Assembly (NCBI GenBank): GCA_964421995.1
Contig: CAYQYW010000005.1
Span: 2,203-66,202, forward strand
Direction: 5' to 3'
From: an uncultured Candidatus Saccharibacteria bacterium
Lineage (GTDB): Bacteria; Patescibacteriota; Minisyncoccia; Phycocordibacterales; CAYQYW01
Length of the DNA: 64,000 bases
This document shows positions 1 through 10,677 of the stretch, piece after piece. A program made the position numbers and the translations under genes. Below the pieces are notes generated by a model. The model made no database searches, had not been told where the DNA came from, and worked only from the letters and a program-made list of their open reading frames with translations. Numbering within the stretch: position 1 is the first letter of the stretch; every line of letters starts with the position of its first letter.

Positions 1-319
1 CTCCCATACCACCGGCAAGAAATATCATGTCTGATCCTTTCAGAGAATCCATGATTTCTTCTTGTGTCTCTGCAGCAGCACGTTTTCCAATAGTTGGATC
101 TCCTCCTGCTCCAAGTCCTCGTGTTAGATTTTTACCAATGTGAATTTTCTTTTTTGCATTTGAATTATGTAAATCCTGTGCATCTGTATTAATTACAATA
201 AACTCTACTCCTTTCACTTTAGAGTCGATCATGTGATTTACTGCGTTTTTTCCTGAACCTCCTACTCCAACAACACGTATTCGAGCAAAAGCTTCGACGT
301 CTGGTTTAACCTGCTTCAT
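1..319 (-). CDS. ftsZ: Cell division protein FtsZ (5' part, runs off window)
   Basis: Manual translation MKQVKPDVEAFARIRVVGVGGSGKNAVNHM...NTDAQDL...GLGAGGDP; directly downstream of ftsA. Confidence 0.97.
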   Translation of the reverse strand, partial: MKQVKPDVEAFARIRVVGVGGSGKNAVNHMIDSKVKGVEFIVINTDAQDLHNSNAKKKIHIGKNLTRGLGAGGDPTIGKRAAAETQEEIMDSLKGSDMIFLAGGMG

Positions 320-405
320 GAAATTTTCCAATTACCTCGTTAATAATCGTGTGTATATAGTATCAATCTGAAGGATAAAAGAAAAGATCTTGACTTTAGT
401 CCTAA

Positions 406-1572
406 CTATGGCAAAAATTGCTTAATAATAGATATGAGCGTGCTTTGTGCACGCCGTGCTACTGACAGACCAGGGGATTCCTGGTCTGCAGAAAACCCAA
501 AAATACATAGGCCATAAGCCACCGCCCATGATGCGTCTTTTACTTTTGGATCCTGCTTCCACTTAAGCCTCGATTTCTTTGATGGAAGTTTTAGAATACC
601 TCTTGCTAAATCCTCGATGGTGGCAATGCCTGAACTTCCTCCGGTAATGATGATTCCGGCGGGAAGCAACCCATTCTTTCCAATTCGTTTTAGATGCGCT
701 TCTATCAAATCAAACATTGTAGACAATCGAGCCATGATTATCTTGTCTAACTTATCATTTGGGTAGCTTCTGCTGCTATATTTCCCAATTTTAATATCCT
801 CAGCCTCACTCAATGAAACTTGAAGACCGAGTGCAATGTCATTTGTAATATTAGTACCGCCAATAGGGAACACCTTCACTGAAATGGGTACGTTGTTTTC
901 AAAGACTGCAATTGATACCGTTTCGGCTCCAATGTTTGCAAGAAGCACACCAGCAGTTTTCTGTGCTTTGGTAAGTGTTACAAATGAGGCAGCGATGGGG
1001 GAGGCCATCACATCAAGTACATCAACCCCAATGCTTTCAATCACTGAAATTAAATCTTGGATATGCTGTTCAATGGCAACAACGAATAGGGTCTCCACTT
1101 CAAGTTTGTTGCCCTTCATTCCCTGAGGTCGTCCGAGTACTTTTTCTCCATCTATTTTGTATTGAATAGGAATGGCATGAATGACTTTTCTATTAATGAT
1201 TTTTGAGACAACTTTTTCTTCGCTATCTTTTACTGCCTTTTCAATATCTAAATTAGTAATCTCGGTATCTGCTCGAGATACAATTGCTTCTCCCTTGGAA
1301 CGAATTTCTTCGAGCCCTACGCCGCCAATCGCTAAGTATGCTTTTCGTATAGAAACACCACTTGATTCTTCTGCTTGGCGTATTGCCTCGGTAATACTCT
1401 TTGTTGCGTCAATGGTGTTGACGATGTATCCATGTCGAAGACCTTTTGAGACTACATACCCCGTTCCGAGAATATTTGGGATACTTGTTTTTATACTCTT
1501 ATTGCGTTCTGAAACAACAATTTTAATTTGATTCGTCCCAACATCTATTCCTACTGTTATATTTTTTGACAT
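406..1572 (-). CDS. ftsA: Cell division protein FtsA
   Basis: GIDVGT, NIGAETV, PIGGTNITNDI and ITGGSS actin-like motifs; adjacent to ftsZ. Confidence 0.96.
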   Translation of the reverse strand: MSKNITVGIDVGTNQIKIVVSERNKSIKTSIPNILGTGYVVSKGLRHGYIVNTIDATKSITEAIRQAEESSGVSIRKAYLAIGGVGLEEIRSKGEAIVSRADTEITNLDIEKAVKDSEEKVVSKIINRKVIHAIPIQYKIDGEKVLGRPQGMKGNKLEVETLFVVAIEQHIQDLISVIESIGVDVLDVMASPIAASFVTLTKAQKTAGVLLANIGAETVSIAVFENNVPISVKVFPIGGTNITNDIALGLQVSLSEAEDIKIGKYSSRSYPNDKLDKIIMARLSTMFDLIEAHLKRIGKNGLLPAGIIITGGSSGIATIEDLARGILKLPSKKSRLKWKQDPKVKDASWAVAYGLCIFGFSADQESPGLSVARRAQSTLISIIKQFLP

Positions 1573-1630
1573 ATAGTATTACAAAATTCACAACAACGTT
1601 ATATGTTGTGTTCACCCTTCTCGATTCGTA

Positions 1631-2026
1631 TTATCGGTCTGGATATTTAAAATCAAACAACTTGCAAAGTCGTTTCTCTTCTCTTTCCATTGTACTACCG
1701 TGGTCATGTCCTTTCAAATGGAGTAATCCGTGGATAAACATAAACGCGGTAAGATTTTTAGTATTTAACCCAAATAGTTTTCGTTCCCGCTCAATCGCCC
1801 TTGTGTTAATAAAAAGTTCACCGTTCGCATCATCAAGAGGAAAGCTGAGTACGTCAGTTGGCGTATCCTTACCCCGATACTCTTTATTAAGCCTTCGTGA
1901 TCGCTTGTCTCCAATAAAAGCAACACTCAAAAGGTATTTTTTTCCAAGTACTTCATTTTTCATTAACTGAAAAGGCAAGTTTGGTAACTTGCCTTTTGTG
2001 GTGCTCATTATATCAACGGTGTTCAT
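1631..2026 (-). CDS. ybeY: rRNA maturation RNase YbeY
   Basis: LNKEYRGKDTPTDVLSF and HGLLHLKGHDH motifs. Confidence 0.95.
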   Translation of the reverse strand: MNTVDIMSTTKGKLPNLPFQLMKNEVLGKKYLLSVAFIGDKRSRRLNKEYRGKDTPTDVLSFPLDDANGELFINTRAIERERKLFGLNTKNLTAFMFIHGLLHLKGHDHGSTMEREEKRLCKLFDFKYPDR

Positions 2027-2268
2027 TATCTCCTTCCGTAAGTTTTTTCAGGTATTTTACCAAGTTTTGCATCTCGTTCGTACTCTACCTTCTTTTGAAG
2101 TGACTGTAATGTCTGTTTTTTCTGAACGTAGGCAGATAGTTTTCGTTGGTGGTATCGAATTGCTCGCACACGACGAAGTACCCCAGAACCTTTCATTCGC
2201 TTGGTAAATCGACGAATCGTGTTCGTTGAACTTTCGTTATTTGTCTTGGTTACTGATGCATTTATCAT
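2026..2268 (-). CDS. rpsU: 30S ribosomal protein bS21-like
   Basis: Small basic protein, ESS..IRRFTKRMKGSGVL pattern of S21. Confidence 0.75.
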   Translation of the reverse strand: MINASVTKTNNESSTNTIRRFTKRMKGSGVLRRVRAIRYHQRKLSAYVQKKQTLQSLQKKVEYERDAKLGKIPEKTYGRR

Positions 2269-2307
2269 AACGAAAGAATAATACCATATATTGTATAGCG
2301 ATACAAA

Positions 2308-3438
2308 CTATTTAAGGTAGTTTGGAAGGTCAGCAATCGGCACAATCTCTTGAGCTCTGGTGTCTATATTTCGAACAATAACAGTTCCCTCATTAGCCTC
2401 TTTTTGTCCCATAATCACAATTCGCTTGATTTTCTGCTCTTCTGCGTGTTCAATTTGCCTTGATAGCTGATCAGTGCCTACCATTTGAGATAGAGGAATA
2501 TGTGCTTTGTGGAGCACTTCAATTACGTTAAGTCCTTTTCTTTTTGCATCGGGTCCGATTGATATAAAAAAGACTTTTGGCTTTCGGTGACGCGGTGTAA
2601 CCATTTTCTCTTCTCGATTCCGGTTAATTATAAAGGTGATGCCCACTGCTGGTGCTGTCACCTTAAATACTTTCCTTGAAAATTCATCATATCGTCCACC
2701 ACGCGCTAACACGGTCTGTTCATCATTATTCTCCCGTATTTCAAATAAAGTATGACGATAACACTCTCGATTCCCCATAACGGTGTTATCAATTTCATAG
2801 GGTGTTTCAAGTGCTTCTAAATATTCTAGTACTTCTCTGAAGTACCGTCGATTATCCTTTGATAGAAACTCAATTGAGCGAGGTGCATCATCAGACAGTT
2901 CAAGTTTTCTCTTCTGGATATACTCTAGCGCACTAATAGGATTGTTTTTGAACGCAACCTGTCCTACTGGAGGAATGTCGTTAATGTTTTTGCGTAGATA
3001 ATTATTGAGTTCCTTATTAAATTTAAATGAAGAATCTGCATCCCCCAAACTATTTACGTGAATACGATAATTGTACATTCCCATTTCATCTAATATTGTC
3101 CCCGCTGTCTTAATGAGTAGTGCCTCGGCAATACTTTGGCGTGTCCCTATGATACCAAGACAAAACGTAAGTGTTTTGTTTGACACATTGGCATGATAAA
3201 GCATTGTTGGATTTTCTTCATTTACGACATTGTACTCCAAACATTTTTTTATCGTCCTAATAAACTCTCCCCCCTGAGAATCAATCTTTCGATATTTTAC
3301 GTTAACGGGGAATTTTCCACCGTTTTTTTTTCTATTAGCCAGCAGTGCTTTGAGCGAAGTAAATCCATAATCATTTGAAACATTGATTGCTTTCCTGTAG
3401 AAGTCTCCCGCTAAAAAAGGTTGTGGTGCTGTTTTCAT
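2308..3438 (-). CDS. HisRS-like paralogue (degenerate catalytic domain plus His/Gly/Thr/Pro-type anticodon-binding domain)
   Basis: ARGGRYD motif-3-like segment and C-terminal IVIMGQKEANEGTVIVRNI; no recognisable motif 2. Confidence 0.75.
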   Translation of the reverse strand: MKTAPQPFLAGDFYRKAINVSNDYGFTSLKALLANRKKNGGKFPVNVKYRKIDSQGGEFIRTIKKCLEYNVVNEENPTMLYHANVSNKTLTFCLGIIGTRQSIAEALLIKTAGTILDEMGMYNYRIHVNSLGDADSSFKFNKELNNYLRKNINDIPPVGQVAFKNNPISALEYIQKRKLELSDDAPRSIEFLSKDNRRYFREVLEYLEALETPYEIDNTVMGNRECYRHTLFEIRENNDEQTVLARGGRYDEFSRKVFKVTAPAVGITFIINRNREEKMVTPRHRKPKVFFISIGPDAKRKGLNVIEVLHKAHIPLSQMVGTDQLSRQIEHAEEQKIKRIVIMGQKEANEGTVIVRNIDTRAQEIVPIADLPNYLK

Positions 3439-3983
3439 ATTTTTCCTGGCAATAATCCTAATTGAGTAACGGGAAGCACTCGGACAAGAGCTCTTCCAAT
3501 GATTAAGTCTTTTTTAAGAGGTCCCCACAGTCGTGAATCTGCACTTGCACGTCGGTTGTCTCCCATGACAAAGTACTCATCGTTTCTAAGGATGACTGTT
3601 ACCGTATCGGGGCGGGCGTTTTCAGGCACTACGTATAGCTCATCTAGAATAATAGCTTCCGTGCTGTCTCTAGTACGTATTGATACGGTAGATCCCTTTA
3701 TTTCCACAATTTCTCCGGGTAATCCAATGATTCGTTTGATGAAAAATTTAGATTCATCTTGTGGAAATTTGAAAATAATTACATCCCCCCGTATCGGTTC
3801 TTCAAATCGATAGGTTACTTGGTCAATGATGAGGTACTGGCCAGTTTCAAAAGTGGGAGACATTGATGCGCCACTCACAACGAATGGTTGCGCAATAAAC
3901 ATTCGAAAGGGAACAACAATTAGTATGGCGATAAGAGCAAACTTTAAAATTTCTTTTACAAAACTTTCTCTATCTTCGTTCAT
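3435..3983 (-). CDS. lepB: Signal peptidase I
   Basis: SGASMSPT, FIKRIIGLPG, GDNRRASADSR motifs; start placed at MNEDRE. Confidence 0.95.
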   Translation of the reverse strand: MNEDRESFVKEILKFALIAILIVVPFRMFIAQPFVVSGASMSPTFETGQYLIIDQVTYRFEEPIRGDVIIFKFPQDESKFFIKRIIGLPGEIVEIKGSTVSIRTRDSTEAIILDELYVVPENARPDTVTVILRNDEYFVMGDNRRASADSRLWGPLKKDLIIGRALVRVLPVTQLGLLPGKI

Positions 3984-4046
3984 GTGCATACAGTTTATTA
4001 TAAAAAATCGTTTGACACAATATTTTCTTTCGTGTTGTATCTTGGT

Positions 4047-4748
4047 ATGAAAGAAAAAATTAAAAACAGAGACGGAAAAAATATTTCTGTTGTCATTGAA
4101 GAAAACAAAAATCAAACAGGTCTTGTGTTTTTAGTTCATGGACTTGGTGGGTGTAAGGAGCAAAAGTTTTTAGAAGAATCAAAGAAAAATTTGTACGCGC
4201 TTGGTTACTCGGTCGTGTGCTATGATTCTACCAACACGTTTGGAGAGAGTGATGGAGAATTTGAATGTGCATTAACCACACAGTATCTTCATGATTTAGA
4301 AGATGTGATTCTGTGGAGTAAGGATAAGGAGTGGTATCAACCATTTTTACTTGTTGGACATAGTTTAGGTGGATTGATTATTTCAAGATACGCAGAACAT
4401 AATCAAGTTGAGGAAGTGGTGGTACTCAATCCTGCAATCTTTGGGAGACAAGAAAACAAAAAATGCTTTACTACAATGACAAATCCATTAACCGGTAAGG
4501 TACATTACCTCAATAAAGATTTTGTTGAAGATTACGTACAATATGATCTCGTGCTCTCAATGAACGCACTTGCTATCAGAAAGGTAGTTATTTGTGGAGA
4601 TAAGGACTATTCTAAAAATAAAGAGCGGTATGATGAAATTCAATGCGAGCTTATTATACTAAAAGATTCAGGACATAATTTTAATGGAAAAGAGGAGGAA
4701 GTTGGTCGAAGTGTTGGTTCTTGGGTACAGGAGAACATGATAGAATAG
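4047..4748 (+). CDS. Alpha/beta hydrolase
   Basis: VHGLGG oxyanion loop, GHSLGG nucleophile elbow, C-terminal GHNF. Confidence 0.88.
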   Translation: MKEKIKNRDGKNISVVIEENKNQTGLVFLVHGLGGCKEQKFLEESKKNLYALGYSVVCYDSTNTFGESDGEFECALTTQYLHDLEDVILWSKDKEWYQPFLLVGHSLGGLIISRYAEHNQVEEVVVLNPAIFGRQENKKCFTTMTNPLTGKVHYLNKDFVEDYVQYDLVLSMNALAIRKVVICGDKDYSKNKERYDEIQCELIILKDSGHNFNGKEEEVGRSVGSWVQENMIE

Positions 4749-4752
4749 TGAC

Positions 4753-5328
4753 ATGTATTACATTGTAGGACTTGGAAATCCAGGAAAGGAGTATGAAAAT
4801 ACGAGACACAATGCGGGACGCATTATAGTAGAAGATATTGCCAAACATTTCAATTTTCCGCTATTTGAAAAAGATAACTATATGAACGCTGATGTTTCGG
4901 TGGGAGTTATTGAGAAGAAAAAAGTAACACTTATCCTTCCAAATACCTTTATGAACAAATCAGGAAATTCTGTTAAAGGGATTAAGAAAGCTGAGAATAT
5001 AATTGTGGTTTACGACGACATTGATTTACCACTCACTAAATTTAGAATTGCATATAACAGAAGTTCAGGAGGCCACAATGGAATTGAGTCAATAATTAAG
5101 TCTTTAAAAACAAAAGAGTTTGTTCGTGTTCGTGTTGGAATAACTCCAACCACTCCGCTTGGGAAGTTAAGGAAGCCACGTGGGGAGGGTACTGTATTAG
5201 ATTTTTTAATGGGGAACTTCAAGAAATCAGAAATGCTAGTTTTTAAAAAGACGTCAAAAAATCTCAGAGAAGTACTTGCACGTATTTTGACTGACGGAAG
5301 AGTTGTGGCGATGAACGAGTTTAACTAG
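4753..5328 (+). CDS. pth: Peptidyl-tRNA hydrolase
   Basis: VGLGNPG..Y..TRHNAG, TFMNKSG, GGHNGI. Confidence 0.97.
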   Translation: MYYIVGLGNPGKEYENTRHNAGRIIVEDIAKHFNFPLFEKDNYMNADVSVGVIEKKKVTLILPNTFMNKSGNSVKGIKKAENIIVVYDDIDLPLTKFRIAYNRSSGGHNGIESIIKSLKTKEFVRVRVGITPTTPLGKLRKPRGEGTVLDFLMGNFKKSEMLVFKKTSKNLREVLARILTDGRVVAMNEFN

Positions 5329-5432
5329 AAGGAAAAAAGAAAAGAGGAAAGTAAATAAAACCCCCGCATTAATTTGTGTGGGTTGTAACTCTATTGACAA
5401 TTTTTTTTTTAAAGCGTTACTGTTGAATAATT

Positions 5433-5585
5433 ATGAAATTAGTATTAGTAGAAGTGCCACCTAAACGTAAAGTTAATAGCGGTCCACAATTAGCAAAGCT
5501 TAATGGCCAAAGGTCTGCTAGAACCCATGGTGAAAGAAGTAACTTAAATAGAATAAAACCGATCAAAAAGAAATCCCGCTCGTAA
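5433..5585 (+). CDS. Putative 50-aa basic small protein
   Basis: Manual ORF MKLVLVEVPPKRKVNSG...KKKSRS; TTGACA and TACTGT upstream, terminator-like hairpin at the end. Confidence 0.4.
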   Translation: MKLVLVEVPPKRKVNSGPQLAKLNGQRSARTHGERSNLNRIKPIKKKSRS

Positions 5586-5598
5586 TGCGGGATTTATT
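5570..5598. terminator. Bidirectional terminator-like hairpin
   Basis: aaatcccgc-tcgtaat-gcgggattt between convergent genes. Confidence 0.6.
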
Positions 5599-5600
5599 CT

Positions 5601-6692
5601 TTAGGACTCTTTTTTAAATGACAGGGTCATTCGCTGTTCTTCTGGTTCAAAGAGGGTAATCTTGAACTTGTAGCTCTTTCCAAGTTCAAGATTTTCTCTA
5701 AGATTTTCTTCGTTTTCAAACTCTGATACATGTACCAGACCTGCAACTCCTTCTTCAATGGATACCAGCGCGCCATGTTTGTTGTACTTGATGACTACTC
5801 CACTTACTTCGTCAGCCTTCTTGTACTTGTTACTTGCTTCCTTCCATGGATTGTCTAACAGTGCTTTGATTGAAAGTGAAATTTTTCCATCTTTTATTTC
5901 AATAATCTTAGCATCTATTTGTGTTCCAATGGGGTAGAGTGATTTGGGATCTTCTACGAGTCCCCAATCAATTTCTGAGATATGAACAAGTCCTTCAAGT
6001 CCCTCTTCAATCTTCATAAATAATCCAAATTCTACTGCTCCGGTTACGGTCCCGTGTACGGTGTCTCCGACATTGTACTTGTCTACCATTACTTCCTTTT
6101 CTTTCTGTTCAGGTCCCTTTTCTGAGAAGATAAGCTTACCTTCCTTTGGATCAGCAGTAATGATGATTACTGATATTCTCTCACCAATGAGACTCTTTAG
6201 TTCTTCTTGAATTCTGTCCTTGTCTCCGTCATTTACTCGAGGGTAGTGTTCTGCTTTGAGTTGAGATGCTGGAAGGAATCCCTGAATTCCTTGCCACTCA
6301 ACGATGAGGCCGCCTTTGTTTGCATCTTTTACTAGAACTTCAAATATGGTTTTTGCAAGAATTGCATGTTCCGCCTCAGACCAGATTAATGCTTGTCGCG
6401 CCTCTCTGAGAGACAACTCAGTGTATCCTTCTTCGTTTTCCACCATTACTACCTTGGCAGCAATCGTGTCCCCAACATTTACTTTTCGAAGTACATCACT
6501 TGCACTTAGGTATTCTCGTCCATAGATAATTCCTACTCCATAGGGAGGAAGATCAATAAATATTTTTTGCTTTCCAATGTTTACAACTTTTCCTTCTACC
6601 AGGTCTCCCACAATTGGAGGATTCGCTTGGTCGTGAATTTGAGTTGAAAATTGAGACATTACACTTGTCTCTTCAATTGTTTTTTCAGTCAT
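5601..6692 (-). CDS. rpsA: 30S ribosomal protein bS1 (short form)
   Basis: Repeated S1 domains (GFLPASQL, EGLVHISEI, AGLVHVSEF). Confidence 0.9.
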   Translation of the reverse strand: MTEKTIEETSVMSQFSTQIHDQANPPIVGDLVEGKVVNIGKQKIFIDLPPYGVGIIYGREYLSASDVLRKVNVGDTIAAKVVMVENEEGYTELSLREARQALIWSEAEHAILAKTIFEVLVKDANKGGLIVEWQGIQGFLPASQLKAEHYPRVNDGDKDRIQEELKSLIGERISVIIITADPKEGKLIFSEKGPEQKEKEVMVDKYNVGDTVHGTVTGAVEFGLFMKIEEGLEGLVHISEIDWGLVEDPKSLYPIGTQIDAKIIEIKDGKISLSIKALLDNPWKEASNKYKKADEVSGVVIKYNKHGALVSIEEGVAGLVHVSEFENEENLRENLELGKSYKFKITLFEPEEQRMTLSFKKES

Positions 6693-6953
6693 TATATTTT
6701 TGATAGAGTGTCCACCACTTGTGGGATTAGTCTCTATACTATGTGTTTTGTTAATAAAACCCATCTACTGATGGGCATTAAAATATACCTTATTTTGCAG
6801 TATTTGACAATGGGAGGTAGAGAGTAGTAGGGTCAGAAGAGCATAAAAGCAAAAAAAGAATTGCTTATACCTACATGTGTAATAGATAGTAGAAATTAAA
6901 AAAGACCGTACTGGTCTCTTTTTTTAACTCTCAAACTCTGTTAGAATTGCCGT

Positions 6954-7565
6954 ATGGTAATAACACACTATGGTACCGAATTCTTCAAAGTGACCTTTGG
7001 AGATATTACGCTTGCCTTTAATCCAGTTTCAAAGAAGTCCAAAAACAAAACAACAAGTTTTGGTTCTAATATTGTACTTTCCACCATTAATCATAGAGAC
7101 ATGAACGGAATCGATCAGGTGAGTAGGAATGATAAAATCCCCATTGTAATAAACGGTCCGGGGGAATATGAGGTAAGTAACGTTTTCATTAAAGGTTTTC
7201 AGTCGGAAGGAATTGATGGAATGATTAATACCATTTACCTCGTTACGCTTGAGGGAATGAGCCTCTGTTTCTTAGGAGCGCTTGCTTCAAAGAAGTTACC
7301 TTCAAAAATAAAAGAAGCGATTGATGTAGTAGATGTTCTCTTTGTTCCAATTGGTGGAGAAAAAATGATCACTCCAAGTGACGCAAATCAAATTGCAACA
7401 GAACTTGGTGCAAACATCATTATTCCAATGCATTATGATAAAAAGACATTGGATAAATTTTTGAAGGAAACAGGAAATGAGAAAATACAGGCAGTTGAGA
7501 AGTTAAGTATTAAGAAGAAAGATGTAGATGAGAAAGAAGGAGAAGTTGTAGTGCTTTTGTCATAA
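6954..7565 (+). CDS. Metallo-beta-lactamase-fold protein (Lactamase_B_3-like), metal motif degenerate
   Basis: GPGEYEV, DVLFVPIGG, IIPMHY; NHRDMN replaces HxHxDH. Confidence 0.75.
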   Translation: MVITHYGTEFFKVTFGDITLAFNPVSKKSKNKTTSFGSNIVLSTINHRDMNGIDQVSRNDKIPIVINGPGEYEVSNVFIKGFQSEGIDGMINTIYLVTLEGMSLCFLGALASKKLPSKIKEAIDVVDVLFVPIGGEKMITPSDANQIATELGANIIIPMHYDKKTLDKFLKETGNEKIQAVEKLSIKKKDVDEKEGEVVVLLS

Positions 7566-7768
7566 TGTTTATTTTTTTAGAAAAGTTGCGAAAAAAGTCA
7601 GAAGCTGAAAGAAAAACGTTTGTTTATCTTGCTTCGTTTACGATTACTGGAATCATCTTCTTTATGTGGATTTCGGCTTTTGTGTTTGATGTGAGTGCTC
7701 CAAATGTCACCGTGCCGAAGATAGATTTTTCTATTTTCTCTGGCGTGTTTGATGTGTTTAGGTGGTAG
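7565..7768 (+). CDS. Small single-TM hypothetical protein
   Basis: Coupled to upstream stop codon; one hydrophobic helix. Confidence 0.6.
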   Translation: MFIFLEKLRKKSEAERKTFVYLASFTITGIIFFMWISAFVFDVSAPNVTVPKIDFSIFSGVFDVFRW

Positions 7769-7972
7769 TTAAGGAATCTTTACTAGGTGTTTTTTATTGA
7801 CGGAAATAGAACCGCCAATTTTTTGATAGAGCCTAACCATATCACCATTTTGCCGGTCGACAATATAGGTGTTGTTTTGCTGAAATTCTGGAAACAAAGC
7901 ATCTTTGGCTTCTTTTGGTAAGTCTGATTTTAGGCGTACCCTATCATTAGATTGAAAACATTCATTTGACAT
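7769..7972 (-). CDS. Small hypothetical protein (possibly SH3/KOW-like)
   Basis: FQSNDRVRLK start, 67 aa, fills the gap before the gyrA promoter. Confidence 0.45.
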   Translation of the reverse strand: MSNECFQSNDRVRLKSDLPKEAKDALFPEFQQNNTYIVDRQNGDMVRLYQKIGGSISVNKKHLVKIP

Positions 7973-8061
7973 TTAGCAATTATAACAAACTTTGTTAGGC
8001 GTTTCAAATGGAGATTTTTTAATGCAAAACTTCACAAAATATGATAAAATACATCTAATAT

Positions 8062-10518
8062 ATGGCAAAGAAAGACGATAAAGAAGTTCCTGTAGAAAGG
8101 AGTAATATTATTCCACAGAGTATTACGGAAGAGATGAAGACCTCATATCTAGACTATGCTATGACTGTGATCGTCTCAAGAGCGCTTCCTGATGTTCGAG
8201 ATGGGCTAAAACCAGTACACAGAAGAATCCTCTATACCATGCAACAGATGGGATTAAACAGTTCCGCTAAGTTTAGAAAATCAGCTGCGGTAGTTGGAAC
8301 TGTACTAGCTCAATATCATCCACATGGGGACACAGCAGTTTATGAATCAATGGTAAAAATGGCACAGAATTTTTCATTTCGATACCCACTTGTGAAAGGA
8401 CAGGGAAATTTTGGATCAATAGACGGTGACTCAGCTGCGGCGATGCGATATACCGAAGCAAAGATGTCGAAACTTTCTTCTGAGCTTCTTCAAGATTTAG
8501 AAAAGGATACGGTAAATTGGAGTCCAAATTATGACAATACAAGAAAAGAACCACAGGTATTTCCTGCAAAAATTCCTAACGTTCTATTAAATGGAACACT
8601 TGGGATTGCGGTGGGAATGGCAACCAACATTCCACCGAATAATATTTCAGAACTTTGTGGAGCAACTATTCATCTTCTGGAGAATGAGGACGCTACCATG
8701 GAAGATCTATTTGAATATATAAAAGGACCTGACTTTCCAACAGGAGGTATTATTTTTAGTGAAAAGGATATTCACCAGGCCTACTCACATGGGAGAGGAG
8801 GTATTGTCACTCGAGGAGAAGCTGAAATTGTTGAAGACAAGAAGGGGAACTTTACTATTGTGATTACTTCAATTCCATATCGAGTGAATCGGGCAGATAT
8901 GATCATTAAGATCGCAAATCTTGTTCGCGACAAAAAGTTAGAGGGAATTAAAGACCTTCGAGACGAATCAACGGTAGACACGCGAATTGTTATTGAATTA
9001 AAGGGCACCGCACATCCCCAGAACGTATTAAATTATATCTACAAGCACACACAGCTAGAGGATACTTTCCATGTAAACATGGTGGCATTAGTTGACGGTG
9101 TACCACAGACACTCTCCGTGAAGCGGATTCTTGAAGAGTTTATTAAACATCGAAAGACCGTCATTAAACGGCGTACGGAGTTTGACCTCAGGAAAGCAGA
9201 AGACAGAGAGCACATCCTTCTTGGTCTCAAAATTGCACTTGATAAGATTGACCTTATCATCAAAGCTATCCGAGCTTCAAAAGATGCACCTGAAGCGCAC
9301 GCAGTCTTGATGAAGAAGTTTACATTCTCAGATCGACAAGCGACCGCAATCCTCGAAATGAAACTGCAGAAACTTGCTGGACTTGAGCGAAAGAAAATCG
9401 AAGACGAATTAAAAGAAATTCAAAAACTGATTGAATCATTGAAGGCCATTTTGAAGAGCGCTAAAAAAGTAGTTGGTGTCATTGTGAAAGAGTTGCAGGC
9501 AGTTATTACTACCTATGGAGACGAACGAAAGACAAAGGTAATGAAGCGAGGGGTGAAGATGGTTGCTCCGGAGGACCTAATACCCGATGAAGAAAGTATT
9601 CTTGTTCTAACTGAGGGAGGCTATATAAAAAGAACAAATCCAGATGAATACAAGAAGCAGAAGCGTGGGGGTGTTGGTGTTATTGATTTAAATACAAAAG
9701 AAGAGGATGTCGTAACGATGTTTCTGCGAACCAGTTCACACAGTGATCTACTGTTCTTCACGAATAAAGGAAAGGTGTATCAGATCAAAATGTACGACGT
9801 GCCTGAAGCACGCCGTGCAACAAAGGGTAAGTCTATTATGAATTTCCTTTCTTTGTCCTCTGACGAATCGGTAACGTCGGTGCTTGCAATGACGAAGGAG
9901 ATAAAAAAAGAAGATCTTGCTCTCATGATGTTTACCAAACATGGTGTTGCCAAGAAAACAACAGCAGACGCATTCCACGATGTTCGAAGAAGTGGATTAA
10001 TTGCAATCAAATTAAAAGATGGTGATCAGCTCATCAGAGCGCTGTTTGTAGAAAAGGGAGATACAACCATGGTTGCAACAAAGAAGGGACAGTCAATTAG
10101 ATTTAAGGAGGCAGATGTTCGGGAAATGGGACGAGCCGCTTCAGGAGTTACCGCGATTAAACTAAGTGCAGGAGATGAAATTATTGGAGCAGGAGTTTTG
10201 AAGAAGGCACGAAAGAATGAGGAAATTCTTGTTCTTTCAAGTGCTGGATACGGAAAGAAGACAAAATTGAGTGAATACAAAATACAGAATAGAGGAGGTT
10301 CAGGAATTAAGACAATTAATGTAACAGCAAAAACGGGAGATCTTATTGCGATGAGAATTGTGGTAGGAAACGAAGGAGAGTTAGTTGTCGTTTCAAAGAA
10401 AGGACAAGTGATTCGAACTGATCTTTCAGAGATTCCTTCACTTGGTAGATCTACACAAGGGGTAAGGATTATGAAAATGAAAGGAGGGGATAGTATTGCC
10501 TCAACTACACATCTCTAA
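8062..10518 (+). CDS. gyrA: DNA gyrase subunit A
   Basis: [29 protein letters not shown], GyrA-box QKRGGVG. Confidence 0.99.
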   Translation: MAKKDDKEVPVERSNIIPQSITEEMKTSYLDYAMTVIVSRALPDVRDGLKPVHRRILYTMQQMGLNSSAKFRKSAAVVGTVLAQYHPHGDTAVYESMVKMAQNFSFRYPLVKGQGNFGSIDGDSAAAMRYTEAKMSKLSSELLQDLEKDTVNWSPNYDNTRKEPQVFPAKIPNVLLNGTLGIAVGMATNIPPNNISELCGATIHLLENEDATMEDLFEYIKGPDFPTGGIIFSEKDIHQAYSHGRGGIVTRGEAEIVEDKKGNFTIVITSIPYRVNRADMIIKIANLVRDKKLEGIKDLRDESTVDTRIVIELKGTAHPQNVLNYIYKHTQLEDTFHVNMVALVDGVPQTLSVKRILEEFIKHRKTVIKRRTEFDLRKAEDREHILLGLKIALDKIDLIIKAIRASKDAPEAHAVLMKKFTFSDRQATAILEMKLQKLAGLERKKIEDELKEIQKLIESLKAILKSAKKVVGVIVKELQAVITTYGDERKTKVMKRGVKMVAPEDLIPDEESILVLTEGGYIKRTNPDEYKKQKRGGVGVIDLNTKEEDVVTMFLRTSSHSDLLFFTNKGKVYQIKMYDVPEARRATKGKSIMNFLSLSSDESVTSVLAMTKEIKKEDLALMMFTKHGVAKKTTADAFHDVRRSGLIAIKLKDGDQLIRALFVEKGDTTMVATKKGQSIRFKEADVREMGRAASGVTAIKLSAGDEIIGAGVLKKARKNEEILVLSSAGYGKKTKLSEYKIQNRGGSGIKTINVTAKTGDLIAMRIVVGNEGELVVVSKKGQVIRTDLSEIPSLGRSTQGVRIMKMKGGDSIASTTHL

Positions 10519-10677
10519 CAGTTAGTCTGAAGAAAAATTTAAATTACCATTTCTTAGAATAGTACCGAAGACAAACAGACTATATACGAATGAAGTTGTT
10601 AATGAAAGAGATAAGCCTAAAACCACTTGGTTGCGTTTGCTGTGGGTTTTTGTCTATGCCAATACACTGGTATACTA

